From a bacterium (GTDB lineage Bacteria > Patescibacteriota > Minisyncoccia > UBA6257 > JAGOQP01), in contig JAJXYJ010000018.1 of the NCBI GenBank assembly GCA_021780615.1, forward strand, positions 1-29,490: a stretch of 29,490 nucleotides of DNA. Reading direction: 5' to 3'. Positions within the stretch are counted from its first letter, which is position 1; each line of letters begins with the position of its first letter. This document shows positions 1 to 8,825 of this stretch, piece after piece. The notes beneath the pieces are model-generated. The model worked only from the letters and a program-made list of their open reading frames with translations. It made no database searches and had not been told where the DNA came from. The position numbers were made by a program, and so were the translations under genes.

Positions 1-177
1 TCTCACGGACAGCCGATACAAATATCGTTTAATTGGAGGTTTATTCTTGATGGTATTAAAAATATTAAAGCACCATCAGTACGTATTGGATTAAATAGTG
101 AACACAAACCAAGTGTTATTCAAGCGCCCGATGATGATTCATTCCTCTATGTGCTTACTTCTATAAAATCAGGGTAA
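1..177 (+). CDS. 3' end (C-terminal ~58 aa) of an unidentified protein-coding gene running in from upstream of the window
   Basis: Frame 1 is open from position 1 to a TAA at ~175-177 (…FNWRFILDGIKNIKAPSVRIGLNSEHKPSVIQAPDDDSFLYVLTSIKSG*). An intrinsic terminator follows immediately. No family recognised. Confidence 0.3.
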   Translation, partial: SHGQPIQISFNWRFILDGIKNIKAPSVRIGLNSEHKPSVIQAPDDDSFLYVLTSIKSG

Positions 178-180
178 CAT

Positions 181-209
181 AAAAAAACCGGCAAAAGCCG
201 GTTTTTTTA
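181..209. terminator. Bidirectional intrinsic terminator (AAAAAAACCGGC-AAAA-GCCGGTTTTTTT)
   Basis: GC stem flanked by an A-tract and a T-tract. It sits between the partial + strand CDS and the 3' end of the minus-strand PBP gene. Confidence 0.7.
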
Positions 210-242
210 TGTTTAAATATTATTTTTTATAAACTATTAAAT

Positions 243-2450
243 CTACTGTGGAGCAAGAGCTGGTGTTGATGTTACTGTGTTTGTGGTTGCGCAATTTTGA
301 TTGTAGCTTTGTGTGAAGTTGGGAATATTTTGTCGTGCCCAATTAAGCACTGGTTGTTCCCAATTATTAAATTGCGGATCAGATGATGGTGGTGGTGGGA
401 AAGGAAGTTGTTGTTGAGGATTGTTTTTATTAATGTAGTAGAGAATGGTATGAATTTGTGGACATGATTTTCCATCAGCTCCCGCGTAGAAAATATCTTG
501 TCCGTTAAGCATGGGAATAGACGAAGAAACGGGATTGGGGGATGGAAAAGATGCGGGGGGATATGTGTTAATAATACTCTTCATAAACGCGCTCCACATA
601 GGAAGTGCTGCCAAAAGACTACTCCCCTGTTGTTTCATAGGGGTATTATCGCTGTTTCCTGCCCATACACCAACGGTAATGAATGGAGTGTAGCCAATGG
701 TCCATGCGTCCCGATAATCGTTTGTAGTGCCTGTTTTAAGGGCTACCTGATAGCCATCAAATTTAGTAAGTGCAAGGCTTGCTTGAAAAAGTGGTTGGCG
801 GAGATCGGCGCTTGAAAGTATTTGATTGAGCATGCGTACATATTGTGGATCGATAACTTTCTGTGGGTGATCGGTGTAGTTTTCATATGTTTTTCCCGTA
901 CTGTCTTCAATATGAAGAATGAATGATTGAGGATGAAGTGTTCCATCTTGAGCAAAGGCGGAATATGCCTGTACCATTTGAGCGAGAGTCACCTCTCCTC
1001 CACCTAACACCAAGGAGAGTCCATAACGCGATGGGTCGGTAAGCGTGGTAATACCAAATTTTTGAGCGGTTGCAATCGCATTTTGGATACCAACTAGATA
1101 GAGTAATTTTACCGCTGGTACATTTACTGATTGGGCAAGTGCTTCTTTAAGTGACATGGGGCCAGTGAACGTTCCTTCAAAATTTTGAGGAGTATAATCA
1201 TATTTCGGATTTCCCGTGGTATTAAAATTTGTTTCAACGTTAAAGAGAATAGTGTCGGGTGTGTATCCTTTTTCAAAAGCAGTAAGATATACAAATGGTT
1301 TAAAGGATGATCCTGGTTGGCGGAGTCCTTGTGTGGCAACATTAAAGTTTCCATCAATAGCGGTGTTAAAATAATCAGCCGATCCAACAAGCGCAAGAAT
1401 TTGTCCTGTTGTTGGGTCTTCGGCAACAAGAGCTCCGTTTTTTCCTCCGTATAATTGTGTGTCACGTTGCACGCCTTCGGTGATTGCTTTTTCTGCAAGT
1501 TGTTGCGTATTCCAATCAAGTGTGGTTATTACCTTAAGTCCCCCATGATCAACAACATCTTGTCCGTAGGTGTTAATAAGATAATCACGCACCATCATAG
1601 AAAAGTGAGGCGCTTTAATAACACCAATATTTTCAGGTAAGAAAGTGATTTTTTCATGAAGAGCCTCTTGAAGTTCTTGATCGGTGATAAAGCCCAATTT
1701 TGACATCTGTTCAAGTACAAAATTTTTACGATCCATGAGATCGCTTACGTGTGATCCCCATGGCGAATAGTATGAAGGGGCTTGAATGAGTGCGGCGAGT
1801 GTCGCGGACTGAGCGATGGTAAGGTCAACTGCATTTTTTCCAAAAAAGCGAGTACTGGCAGATTGAATGCCGTAACTATTGGATCCGTAGTTGATTTGAT
1901 TGATGTAAAAATTAAGAATTTGATCTTTTGAATATTCTTGCTCAATCCAATATGCCAGGACGAGTTCTTTTATTTTGCGGGTAATTGTTTTTTCTGGAGA
2001 AAGAAAAACGTTTTTTACTAACTGCTGAGTGATGGTTGATCCCCCTTGTATAAATTGTCCATGTATAACATCGGTAATAAGTGAACGAATGAGACTCTTC
2101 CAATCGAGAGCTGAGTGTTGATAAAATTGTTGATCTTCAACGGCAAGCGTTGCCTGTTTTACGTACGGCGGCAATGTATTGGCGTCGACAAGTGTTCTGT
2201 TTTGATCGCCGTGTATTTCATAAAGGAGCACGGTGCCAGTACGGTCATATATTTTTGTTGATTGTGTTGGTTGAAATGAGGTGATTTTTTCAGGATGGGG
2301 GAGGTTATTAATAATTTGAATAAATTCAATAACACAAAAAATTGCGATTGCTAAAAATGCTATAAAGATATACAAAAGCCATCGTCGCCGTTTGCGAGGG
2401 TGATGTGGTTGAGTGTTAAATATAGGGTGGTGTGGTGTTAGGGAAGTCAT
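243..2450 (-). CDS. Class A penicillin-binding protein (bifunctional GT51 glycosyltransferase/transpeptidase, PBP1A-type)
   Basis: N-terminal TM helix. GT51 motifs (…ITQQLVKNVF…, …RKIKELVLAYWIEQEYSKDQILNFYINQINYG…). Transpeptidase SxxK (SSFKPF) and KTG (KTGTT) motifs. Likely start at MTSLTPHHP (2450), because the tool's N-terminal extension runs into the upstream terminator hairpin. Pro/Gln-rich C-terminal tail. Confidence 0.9.
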   Translation of the reverse strand: MTSLTPHHPIFNTQPHHPRKRRRWLLYIFIAFLAIAIFCVIEFIQIINNLPHPEKITSFQPTQSTKIYDRTGTVLLYEIHGDQNRTLVDANTLPPYVKQATLAVEDQQFYQHSALDWKSLIRSLITDVIHGQFIQGGSTITQQLVKNVFLSPEKTITRKIKELVLAYWIEQEYSKDQILNFYINQINYGSNSYGIQSASTRFFGKNAVDLTIAQSATLAALIQAPSYYSPWGSHVSDLMDRKNFVLEQMSKLGFITDQELQEALHEKITFLPENIGVIKAPHFSMMVRDYLINTYGQDVVDHGGLKVITTLDWNTQQLAEKAITEGVQRDTQLYGGKNGALVAEDPTTGQILALVGSADYFNTAIDGNFNVATQGLRQPGSSFKPFVYLTAFEKGYTPDTILFNVETNFNTTGNPKYDYTPQNFEGTFTGPMSLKEALAQSVNVPAVKLLYLVGIQNAIATAQKFGITTLTDPSRYGLSLVLGGGEVTLAQMVQAYSAFAQDGTLHPQSFILHIEDSTGKTYENYTDHPQKVIDPQYVRMLNQILSSADLRQPLFQASLALTKFDGYQVALKTGTTNDYRDAWTIGYTPFITVGVWAGNSDNTPMKQQGSSLLAALPMWSAFMKSIINTYPPASFPSPNPVSSSIPMLNGQDIFYAGADGKSCPQIHTILYYINKNNPQQQLPFPPPPSSDPQFNNWEQPVLNWARQNIPNFTQSYNQNCATTNTVTSTPALAPQ

Positions 2451-2467
2451 ATTATATAAAGATAAAC

Positions 2468-2502
2468 AAAAAACCCACACAAAGAAAGGGTGTGGGTTTT
2501 TT
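2468..2502 (-). terminator. Intrinsic terminator of the acidic-protein gene (CCCACAC…GTGTGGG stem plus T-tract on the minus strand)
   Basis: AAAAAACCCACAC-AAAGAAAGG-GTGTGGGTTTTTT. It lies downstream of the minus-strand ORF at 2522-2734 and upstream of the PBP start. Confidence 0.6.
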
Positions 2503-2521
2503 ATAATGTGAGTTGGTGACG

Positions 2522-2734
2522 TTACTCCCCTTCCTCTTCTTTGCCTTCATCGTCGGTAGATTCGTCATCCTCATCTTCAGAATCATCATCGATGAAATCA
2601 TCATCGTCACCGTAATCAAGATTTTCATCCTCTACTTCCTCTTCTTCTGTAGCATCTTCTTCTTCGTAATCTTTTTCTGCATGTAATGCATCGAGAACAA
2701 ATGATGGTAATGTTCGTGAAGTTTTTGTTGTCAT
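2522..2734 (-). CDS. Small (~70 aa) extremely acidic hypothetical protein (short N-terminal segment plus poly-Asp/Glu tail)
   Basis: MTTKTSRTLPSFVLDALHAEKDYEEEDATEEEEVEDENLDYGDDDDFIDDDSEDEDDESTDDEGKEEEGE. About 60% of the last 50 residues are D/E. It has its own terminator. The start is taken at the internal Met, since the longer tool ORF would overlap the promoter/5' region. Confidence 0.5.
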   Translation of the reverse strand: MTTKTSRTLPSFVLDALHAEKDYEEEDATEEEEVEDENLDYGDDDDFIDDDSEDEDDESTDDEGKEEEGE

Positions 2735-2834
2735 GGTAAAAATAAATAATATTGCGACCTGTACACCCTTGCGAGTGCAATGCATAAACTATATCGTACA
2801 GGCTATTGTTGTCAAATGGTGTGTGTGGATGAAT

Positions 2835-3329
2835 TTACAAGGAATGGTGCCGTTCTTTTGTTGCGGTATATCCGGCAATAAGCGCGATGGCAAGTGCGTC
2901 AAAAACATCATCAGGAACATGGGCGAATGTAGGGGGGAGATGGAGCGTTCCTTGCACCATGCGAGTGATTGATTTTTTATCAGCGGATCCATATCCGGTC
3001 ATCCCCTGCTTTACTTCAAGGGGAGTAAATTCGTAGAGAGGAATATTATACTGCGCAATACAAAGTGCGATAACGCCTCGCGACTGAGATACGTCAGTTG
3101 CGGTTTTTATATTTTTACCAAAGAATAATTTCTCCATTCCTACGACATCAGGGCAATGGTGTTTAAAGAGAGTATGACACTCATCATAAAGCTCTTTGAG
3201 GCGTTGGTGATTGTGGGAGGAGGTGACTGAAAAAATACCCCCATCAATAAATGTTGCCGATTGAGCGTGAAATTCAATAACGCCATATCCTGCGCGAGTA
3301 CTCCCCGGATCAATACCTATAATTTTCAT
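2835..3329 (-). CDS. ruvC: Crossover junction endodeoxyribonuclease RuvC (Holliday junction resolvase)
   Basis: MKIIGIDPGSTRAGYGVIEF… is the typical RuvC N-terminus with its catalytic Asp. Length 164 aa. ATGA overlap with the upstream yebC stop. Confidence 0.9.
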   Translation of the reverse strand: MKIIGIDPGSTRAGYGVIEFHAQSATFIDGGIFSVTSSHNHQRLKELYDECHTLFKHHCPDVVGMEKLFFGKNIKTATDVSQSRGVIALCIAQYNIPLYEFTPLEVKQGMTGYGSADKKSITRMVQGTLHLPPTFAHVPDDVFDALAIALIAGYTATKERHHSL

Positions 3330-3877
3330 AAAGATGTCTCATCCTGGGTGAGCGGTGTGTTGGTGTATAAATGAGAAACGTCACTGTGTTCATCAAGGGC
3401 GTCCATAAGTGCAATAAGAGTTTCTTGTGTTTGGGGAGAAATGTCTTGTATGAATTTTGCATGATACTCCCCTTCCTTAAAATCAAATGACCACATAACG
3501 CTACCGGGGTCAGCCCATTTTCCGTGATGGTCGGAAAGAATTTTTTTAATCTCTGCAACGGTACGATTCCGATTGTCTGTGTGGGCTTGTACAAGAATCG
3601 CGGTGCCATTGGGTCCGTATGCTTCTATGATAAGTTCATCAATAAGATTTTTTGACTCTTGTGACTTTTTAATGGCGCGTTCAATATTTTCCATGGGAAC
3701 ATTGTGTTCGCGTGCTTGGTCTATTGCTGAACGTAGAGATGGATTAAATTGTGGATGAGGATCTTTCTGTGCCGCAACAGTAATGGCTCTGAGGAGTTTT
3801 GAAAAGAGAGTGCTGCGTCGCTGATCAGTGACGGCCTTTTTTTCTTTTATTTGAGACCATTTATTATGTCCAGACAT
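3326..3877 (-). CDS. yebC: YebC/PmpR-family probable transcriptional regulator (DUF28)
   Basis: MSGHNKWSQIKEKKAVTDQRRSTLFSKLLRAITVAAQ… matches the canonical YebC start (MAGHSKWANIKHRK…). The conserved yebC-ruvC arrangement is present. The start is set at the internal Met (3877); the tool ORF is extended upstream. Confidence 0.85.
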   Translation of the reverse strand: MSGHNKWSQIKEKKAVTDQRRSTLFSKLLRAITVAAQKDPHPQFNPSLRSAIDQAREHNVPMENIERAIKKSQESKNLIDELIIEAYGPNGTAILVQAHTDNRNRTVAEIKKILSDHHGKWADPGSVMWSFDFKEGEYHAKFIQDISPQTQETLIALMDALDEHSDVSHLYTNTPLTQDETSL

Positions 3878-3947
3878 AGTGTTGGAGAGATTAAGTATCA
3901 CCATCATATCCGCCAAAAGAGAAAAATGAAACATTGACAGATTTATA

Positions 3948-4397
3948 TTATGTGTTGTGTATATTTTTATAACGACGCAATGTATGACCTGTGTCCCACA
4001 ATTCTATTGCGATAGCATCAAGGCGATATCCATTCCTAGAAAGATCAGGATGTTTATTTGCATACCACTGTGAAATTTTTGAAAACAAATTTATTTTTCT
4101 ATAAGTAAGGTTATGTTCCGGAATATAGGGTTTTAAATTAGTATACTCTTCCGGATTTTCCGGAATGGGTGTGGAGAACTGTGGATAACTTTCCGGAAAC
4201 AAAATAATGGATAATGATGATTGATTGAGGGTTTTAACTTCTGAAAAAACTAAGGTTTTATCTATGTCTTTTGAGATTATGTCAATTTCACCAAATTTAG
4301 TCATAAAGTTTCTGTCGATAATTTTATGACCAATACCCTCAAGATATCCACAGGCGATTTCCTCACCAATCATTCCAATTACCTTATTTTTTATCAT
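3948..4397 (-). CDS. yraN: YraN/UPF0102-family predicted endonuclease
   Basis: GEEIACGYLEGIGHKIIDRNFMTKFGEIDIISKD…TLVFSEVKT matches the UPF0102 core. An insertion of roughly 40 aa lies between the core and the C-terminal helix. Confidence 0.65.
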   Translation of the reverse strand: MIKNKVIGMIGEEIACGYLEGIGHKIIDRNFMTKFGEIDIISKDIDKTLVFSEVKTLNQSSLSIILFPESYPQFSTPIPENPEEYTNLKPYIPEHNLTYRKINLFSKISQWYANKHPDLSRNGYRLDAIAIELWDTGHTLRRYKNIHNT

Positions 4398-4465
4398 ATA
4401 TAAAATATATATAAGTGGAAATTAGAAATCAATTTTTTATAGGATGCTTTTATTGAATTTTCTTT

Positions 4466-4745
4466 AATTTTTGTACCAAATGTTTCACGTGAAACATTTG
4501 GTACAAAAATAGGGCCTAAATATGATATAAAATGTTTCACGTGAAACATTTTATATCGTTTTGAGTCTGGCAATGGAGTCTGGCAACTTTTGTATGTATA
4601 GATTTTAAGCCATTTTTTAGTTTCCGGACTTATTTTGTTGCCAGATATGTTTCACACTATGTTTCACACACAAAAAAGAATAGGTTTTAAGCTGTATGTG
4701 AATAATTTCATCCACAATTATAATATTTATATTGCCAGACTCATT
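4466..4745. promoter_or_regulatory. Divergent yraN/obg control region with two long perfect palindromes and repeated half-sites
   Basis: A 42-nt perfect palindrome TTTTTGTACCAAATGTTTCACGTGAAACATTTGGTACAAAAA lies at ~4468-4509. A 34-nt perfect palindrome GATATAAAATGTTTCACGTGAAACATTTTATATC lies at ~4524-4557. Both share the core AATGTTTCACGTGAAACATT. Direct repeats ATGTTTCACA x2 (~4647-4671) and GAGTCTGGCAA x2 (~4563-4586) are present, with the reverse complement TTGCCAGACTC at ~4732-4742. Confidence 0.6.
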
Positions 4746-4827
4746 CCGGATTATTTTAAAAAGTAAGATTTTATGTATGTAGTTTTAAAATATTGCTAAA
4801 AAACATCTTTTGTGTGAGAATGGCAAA

Positions 4828-5802
4828 ATGCTTATAGACGATGTAAAGGTAAAAATAAAAGGAGGAGATGGTGGAAATGGTGCTGTTGCTTTTAATAAAA
4901 ATCTAATGGAACTTGGTCCAGCGGGAGGAAGCGGGGGAAATGGCGGTGCGGTATATATAGAAGGATCATCTGATATTAGTCTTTTAAATCAATTTAGATT
5001 TAAAAAGAAAATAGAGGCAGAGGATGGCCAAGATGGAAGGTCTCAATTTCGAGATGGAAAAAGGGGAGACGACATGATATTAAAAGTTCCCGTAGGAACA
5101 ATTGCACATAATATAACAACGGGAAGTAGCGAAGATGTGACGCATGTAGGTCAACGCATTTGTGTTGCTCATGGAGGAAGAGGAGGGAAGGGGAATTTTC
5201 TTTTTAGGTCATCGACCAATGTGAGTCCAAAAGAATTTGAAGAAGGGAACCTTGGCGATGTATATGAATTTAGATTTGAATTAAAATATATTGCCGATGT
5301 AGGAATTGTGGGACTACCGAATGTGGGGAAATCAAGTCTTTTAAATGAATTAACAGATGCAAAGAGTAAGGTTGCAAATTATCAATTCACCACACTGGAA
5401 CCAAACCTTGGCACGTATTATGAATTGATACTGGCTGACGTGCCGGGACTTATAGAAGGAGCTTCGGAAGGGAAGGGATTGGGGGATCGATTTTTACGGC
5501 ACATTGAACGCACGAAGGTGTTGTTTCATTTAGTGTCTGCGGAGTCTGATGATGTGTGGCATGATTACCGTGTGGTGCGTGATGAGTTGAGTGCATACAA
5601 TGCAGCGTTGGGGAAAAAAGAAGAATATATATTTTTAAGCAAGAGTGATGATGTTCCCATTGATGATCTTCATAAAAAAATAGCACTATTTAAAAAACAT
5701 AAAAAAAATATAGTGCCGCTATCCATTCTTGATGAGGAGAGCGTAAAGAATGTTACGATAATACTGAATCATCTTCAGGAGAAAAAGATTGCTAAGAAAT
5801 AA
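4828..5802 (+). CDS. obg: GTPase Obg (short form lacking the C-terminal OCT/TGS extension)
   Basis: Gly-rich Obg fold (KGGDGGNGAVAF…GGSGGNGGAVY). G1 motif GIVGLPNVGKSSLLN. DVPGLIEGA switch region. ATG taken at MLIDDVKV; the tool ORF starts at an upstream TTG. Confidence 0.9.
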   Translation: MLIDDVKVKIKGGDGGNGAVAFNKNLMELGPAGGSGGNGGAVYIEGSSDISLLNQFRFKKKIEAEDGQDGRSQFRDGKRGDDMILKVPVGTIAHNITTGSSEDVTHVGQRICVAHGGRGGKGNFLFRSSTNVSPKEFEEGNLGDVYEFRFELKYIADVGIVGLPNVGKSSLLNELTDAKSKVANYQFTTLEPNLGTYYELILADVPGLIEGASEGKGLGDRFLRHIERTKVLFHLVSAESDDVWHDYRVVRDELSAYNAALGKKEEYIFLSKSDDVPIDDLHKKIALFKKHKKNIVPLSILDEESVKNVTIILNHLQEKKIAKK

Positions 5803-5843
5803 TTGTATACAGTCTAATATACGAATATATAATATATTTATCT

Positions 5844-5876
5844 CCATAAAAACCGCCCTTAAGCGGTTTTTATGGA
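5844..5876. terminator. Bidirectional intrinsic terminator between obg and pepF (CCATAAAAACCGC-CCTTAA-GCGGTTTTTATGG)
   Basis: Perfect GC-rich hairpin with A/T tracts on both sides, between convergent genes. Confidence 0.75.
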
Positions 5877-5888
5877 GCACAAACAGAT

Positions 5889-7685
5889 TTAGCGGATGGT
5901 GCGTGCAAGATTCTCGGCCTGGCTTAAAAGATTTTTTACCTCATTAATTCCCGTATCCCAAAAGGATGGTGTGGCGATGTCGAGATTGAGTTTTTTAAAT
6001 ATGTCATAAGGGGAACTGGAAAGACCTGTGGACAAAAATTCTTTCACATGGGAGATGTAGGTTGGATCTCTGCGTACTGAGGCTTGTAGTGCTTTTGAAA
6101 TAAGAAGTCCGCTTGCATAGGAATAATTGTAAAAGAAAGATCGGATGTGCGTCCAATGTATCCACCAGCGTTGAGAGCCTTCTGATTGAATGACACTACG
6201 TCCCATGTAGGCGGCCATATGTTTTTTAAATAGTAAACCAATGTGTGTGCTAGAAATATATCCGGTGGCGCGAAATGTTGTATGTAATTCTTGTTCAAAT
6301 TGATAGCAAGCAATTTGACGGAAGATGGTGGAAATATCTCCATTTAATTTCTCCATAATAAGGGTGAGAGCGAGGTTGTCATCGGCGTCACGCATGAGTT
6401 CTTCAAATACAAAGTCTTCCATAAAAGTACTTGCGGTTTCCGCTGTAGCTAGCGTTGTGCCGAACGTGAGAGCGTTCTGGTGACGCTTCATGAGTTCATC
6501 ATTAATACCATGTCCCAATTCATGAGCGAAGGTAAGTACATCATGAAGAGTGTTGGTGTGGTTAAGAAGAATGTAGACCGGCTGAGCAATGGTTCCGTGA
6601 GTACAAAACGCTCCGCCGGATTTTCCTTTTTGCGGAAAAACATCCACTCGGCGCTGTGCCATAAATGACTCGTAGATAGTCAGAAATGAAGGGTCGAGCT
6701 GTTTCAGAACGCGCTTTATAATGTCCATCGTTTCTTCAAATGAATACGTTGTGCGGGTGGTGACAAATGAGAGGGGAACATTGCGTTCATGATATGCAAG
6801 ACGTTGCACATGCATTAATTTTGCTTTTAGGCGATAATAGCGGTGTGAGATGGCGTATGTTTTTGATACAGCATGTACAAGGGCATCAACAATGGGTGTT
6901 TCAATATCATCACTCATATGGCGTGAAGTATCAGGACGGGGGAATGCACGCAAATCATCAACTGTTTTTTTGTGGGAAAGAATTGCATTTAACTCCGCTT
7001 CAGCAACTGGTTCGTATGATTGGAGAATGTCATTAAGAGCTTGCGCCGCACTGTCCCGAGTTGTTTTTAAGGGGTCGCTGGTGAGTGAAGTGATTTGGCT
7101 AAAATTCTTTTGCAGTACTCCTGACGGTGTATGAATCGGCCGTTCTTGCCAAGAAAGTAGGGACGAGGTCATGCGTACCCAATCGCCGTGTGCTGAGGCG
7201 TTGGTGAGTGTGAGGATTTTTTCCTCGGGCGCTGAGAGGAGGTGGGGTGCTTCAGCAAAAAGACGAGCAAGAAAATGTTTATAAGGAACACACGCCGCGC
7301 TTGCAAGCATTTTTTTCTGCATAGATGGGGAGATGTGGGCGATGCGGTAGGTGAAAAAAAGGACAAGGTTTTGCATGCGGGAACCGAATTCTTCTGCGCG
7401 GTGAAAGCCAGCTTTTGTTGTGGGATCTTGATTGTTTTGTTGCGTGCATAACCAGAAGTAGTATCCAGTATTTCCCTCAAATCCGTACGTACGCTGAAGG
7501 CGTTCATAATCATCAAGCGCTTTACGCAGAATACGCGGAGAGGAAAGATAGTCTGTCCGTGGTTCCCATTTCTTTTTAAATAAATGCCACGCGCGAGATA
7601 TGGTTGCTTGTTCACGCGGCATTGTTTGAGGTGATCCAAGGGACGTGAGATTCCAGGTATATTTTTTTACAGATTGTTTGTCCAT
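5889..7685 (-). CDS. pepF: Oligoendopeptidase F (M3B family zinc metallopeptidase)
   Basis: 598 aa. HExxH zinc motif in FAHELGHGINDELM. Overall PepF-like length and layout. Confidence 0.85.
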   Translation of the reverse strand: MDKQSVKKYTWNLTSLGSPQTMPREQATISRAWHLFKKKWEPRTDYLSSPRILRKALDDYERLQRTYGFEGNTGYYFWLCTQQNNQDPTTKAGFHRAEEFGSRMQNLVLFFTYRIAHISPSMQKKMLASAACVPYKHFLARLFAEAPHLLSAPEEKILTLTNASAHGDWVRMTSSLLSWQERPIHTPSGVLQKNFSQITSLTSDPLKTTRDSAAQALNDILQSYEPVAEAELNAILSHKKTVDDLRAFPRPDTSRHMSDDIETPIVDALVHAVSKTYAISHRYYRLKAKLMHVQRLAYHERNVPLSFVTTRTTYSFEETMDIIKRVLKQLDPSFLTIYESFMAQRRVDVFPQKGKSGGAFCTHGTIAQPVYILLNHTNTLHDVLTFAHELGHGINDELMKRHQNALTFGTTLATAETASTFMEDFVFEELMRDADDNLALTLIMEKLNGDISTIFRQIACYQFEQELHTTFRATGYISSTHIGLLFKKHMAAYMGRSVIQSEGSQRWWIHWTHIRSFFYNYSYASGLLISKALQASVRRDPTYISHVKEFLSTGLSSSPYDIFKKLNLDIATPSFWDTGINEVKNLLSQAENLARTIR

Positions 7686-7844
7686 AAAGATGGGTATGGC
7701 TATATAATATTAATGGTGCAAGGGGAAAGATTTTAGATGTGTTACCTATATTTCTTCATACCTCCAGTTTATATAGAATCAGCAATGTCCGCAATTTCTT
7801 GTATGCGGATGGCGATGGGATGTGGGGGTACCTTACATAAGTGA

Positions 7845-8375
7845 TTATAAGAGGTGTTGGTTTGTTGTATGTTGGTGGGTAATTATTTTTTTTCGTGATC
7901 GCCATTCCAAGGCAATGAGTAGAATAATAATCACATCAACAAAGGCGATAATAACTAAAAGAAGTGATGATGTTATATACGCTTGCCACAATTGATAGAA
8001 GAGGAGTGCGGTTAAAACAACTAATGCAACGGGGAATGCCCAAAAACGTTCTCTCCATAATTGTACCGAAAGGAATATTTTTATAATGCCGCGAGTGAGT
8101 GCATATATTGCAATAGCAGAAACAACTTGAATTGAGAGAGTGTTGGATGTATGCAGGGCGAGCGTTGCAAAAAAGTCATGGGGATCTTCACCAAGTTCTC
8201 GGGTTGCCAATAGACGCAGTAGGGCAGGAATCGTTCCTGATGGTTCAAGTATTAAAAATATGCCAAATACCAATTCAGCGACTCCGTCAACTCCCTTAAT
8301 AATAATACCAATATCAAAAAAGAGATGAATGCGTTTTTGTGCGGACGGGCTATGGATGCGTGATAGCATGCACAT
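7845..8375 (-). CDS. Small integral membrane protein (about 4 TM helices), possibly DUF2127-like
   Basis: Hydrophobic helices (GVAELVFGIFLILEP…, AIAIYALTRGIIKIFLSV…, AFPVALVVLTALLFYQL…, LLLVIIAFVDVIIILLIALEW). The family assignment is from memory only. Confidence 0.45.
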   Translation of the reverse strand: MCMLSRIHSPSAQKRIHLFFDIGIIIKGVDGVAELVFGIFLILEPSGTIPALLRLLATRELGEDPHDFFATLALHTSNTLSIQVVSAIAIYALTRGIIKIFLSVQLWRERFWAFPVALVVLTALLFYQLWQAYITSSLLLVIIAFVDVIIILLIALEWRSRKKIITHQHTTNQHLL

Positions 8376-8481
8376 AGTATATATGCTTTAGAGCTTCTGT
8401 GAAAATAGTTGCTATCGAAGAGGTGTAAGAAGCGCAAAATAAAAACCCCCACGTCAATGTGCGGCGTGGGGGTTTTATAAT

Positions 8482-8706
8482 GTGGACCCTGTTAGAAATC
8501 ATTGAAACAAAGCAGCTCAATAATAACTTGGAGTGTTTTATTTAAAATAACTATTTGAAAATTGTTATATAGATTTCTAACAGGGTGGACCCCGTTAGAG
8601 TCAGTTGGAACCATTTTGGAAGAATTAAAATTATAGAACCAGACAGAGCTCTTTATTAAGGGGGATTGATTTGTAAATTTCAACACAAGACTCTAACAGG
8701 GTGGAC
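8482..8706. repeat. Two overlapping MITE-like units bounded by about 18-19-bp inverted repeats (GTGGACCC(T/C)GTTAGA…) abutting the tRNA-Val 3' end
   Basis: A = GTGGACCCTGTTAGAAATC (8482-8500). Its inverted partner A' = GATTTCTAACAGGGTGGAC (8572-8590). B = GTGGACCCCGTTAGAGTC (8585-8602). Its partner B' = GACTCTAACAGGGTGGAC (8689-8706). The 14-mer CTAACAGGGTGGAC is repeated directly about 117 bp apart, and the last copy includes the 3'-terminal bases of tRNA-Val. Confidence 0.55.
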
Positions 8707-8775
8707 GCTATAGGATTCGAACCTATGACCTCTTCGGTGTAAACGAAGCGCTCTAACCAGCTGAGCTAAGCGTCC
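8702..8775 (-). tRNA. tRNA-Val (anticodon UAC)
   Basis: Reverse complement GGACGCTTAGCTCAGCTGGTTAGAGCGCTTCGTTTACACCGAAGAGGTCATAGGTTCGAATCCTATAGCGTCCA is 74 nt. Cloverleaf with 7-bp acceptor stem, D-arm GCTC/GAGC, anticodon stem CTTCG/CGAAG, loop TTTACAC, T-arm ATAGG-TTCGAAT-CCTAT. CCA is not encoded (ACCC). Confidence 0.85.
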
Positions 8776-8825
8776 ACTTTAAGCGGGATTGCGATTTGTT
8801 GCTAAAAATTTTTAGACAAATCGGG

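Noticed and set aside
2733-2992. ORFs 2733-2972 (+) and 2789-2992 (-) overlapping the ruvC 3' region
   Set aside because: They overlap the well-supported ruvC coding region in other frames and have no recognisable features.
4700-4725. DnaA-box-like TCATCCACAATTATAAT in the yraN/obg intergenic region (possible oriC)
   Set aside because: Only a single partial match to TTATCCACA. No cluster of boxes, no AT-rich DUE pattern beyond the general AT-richness, and no dnaA or dnaN nearby.
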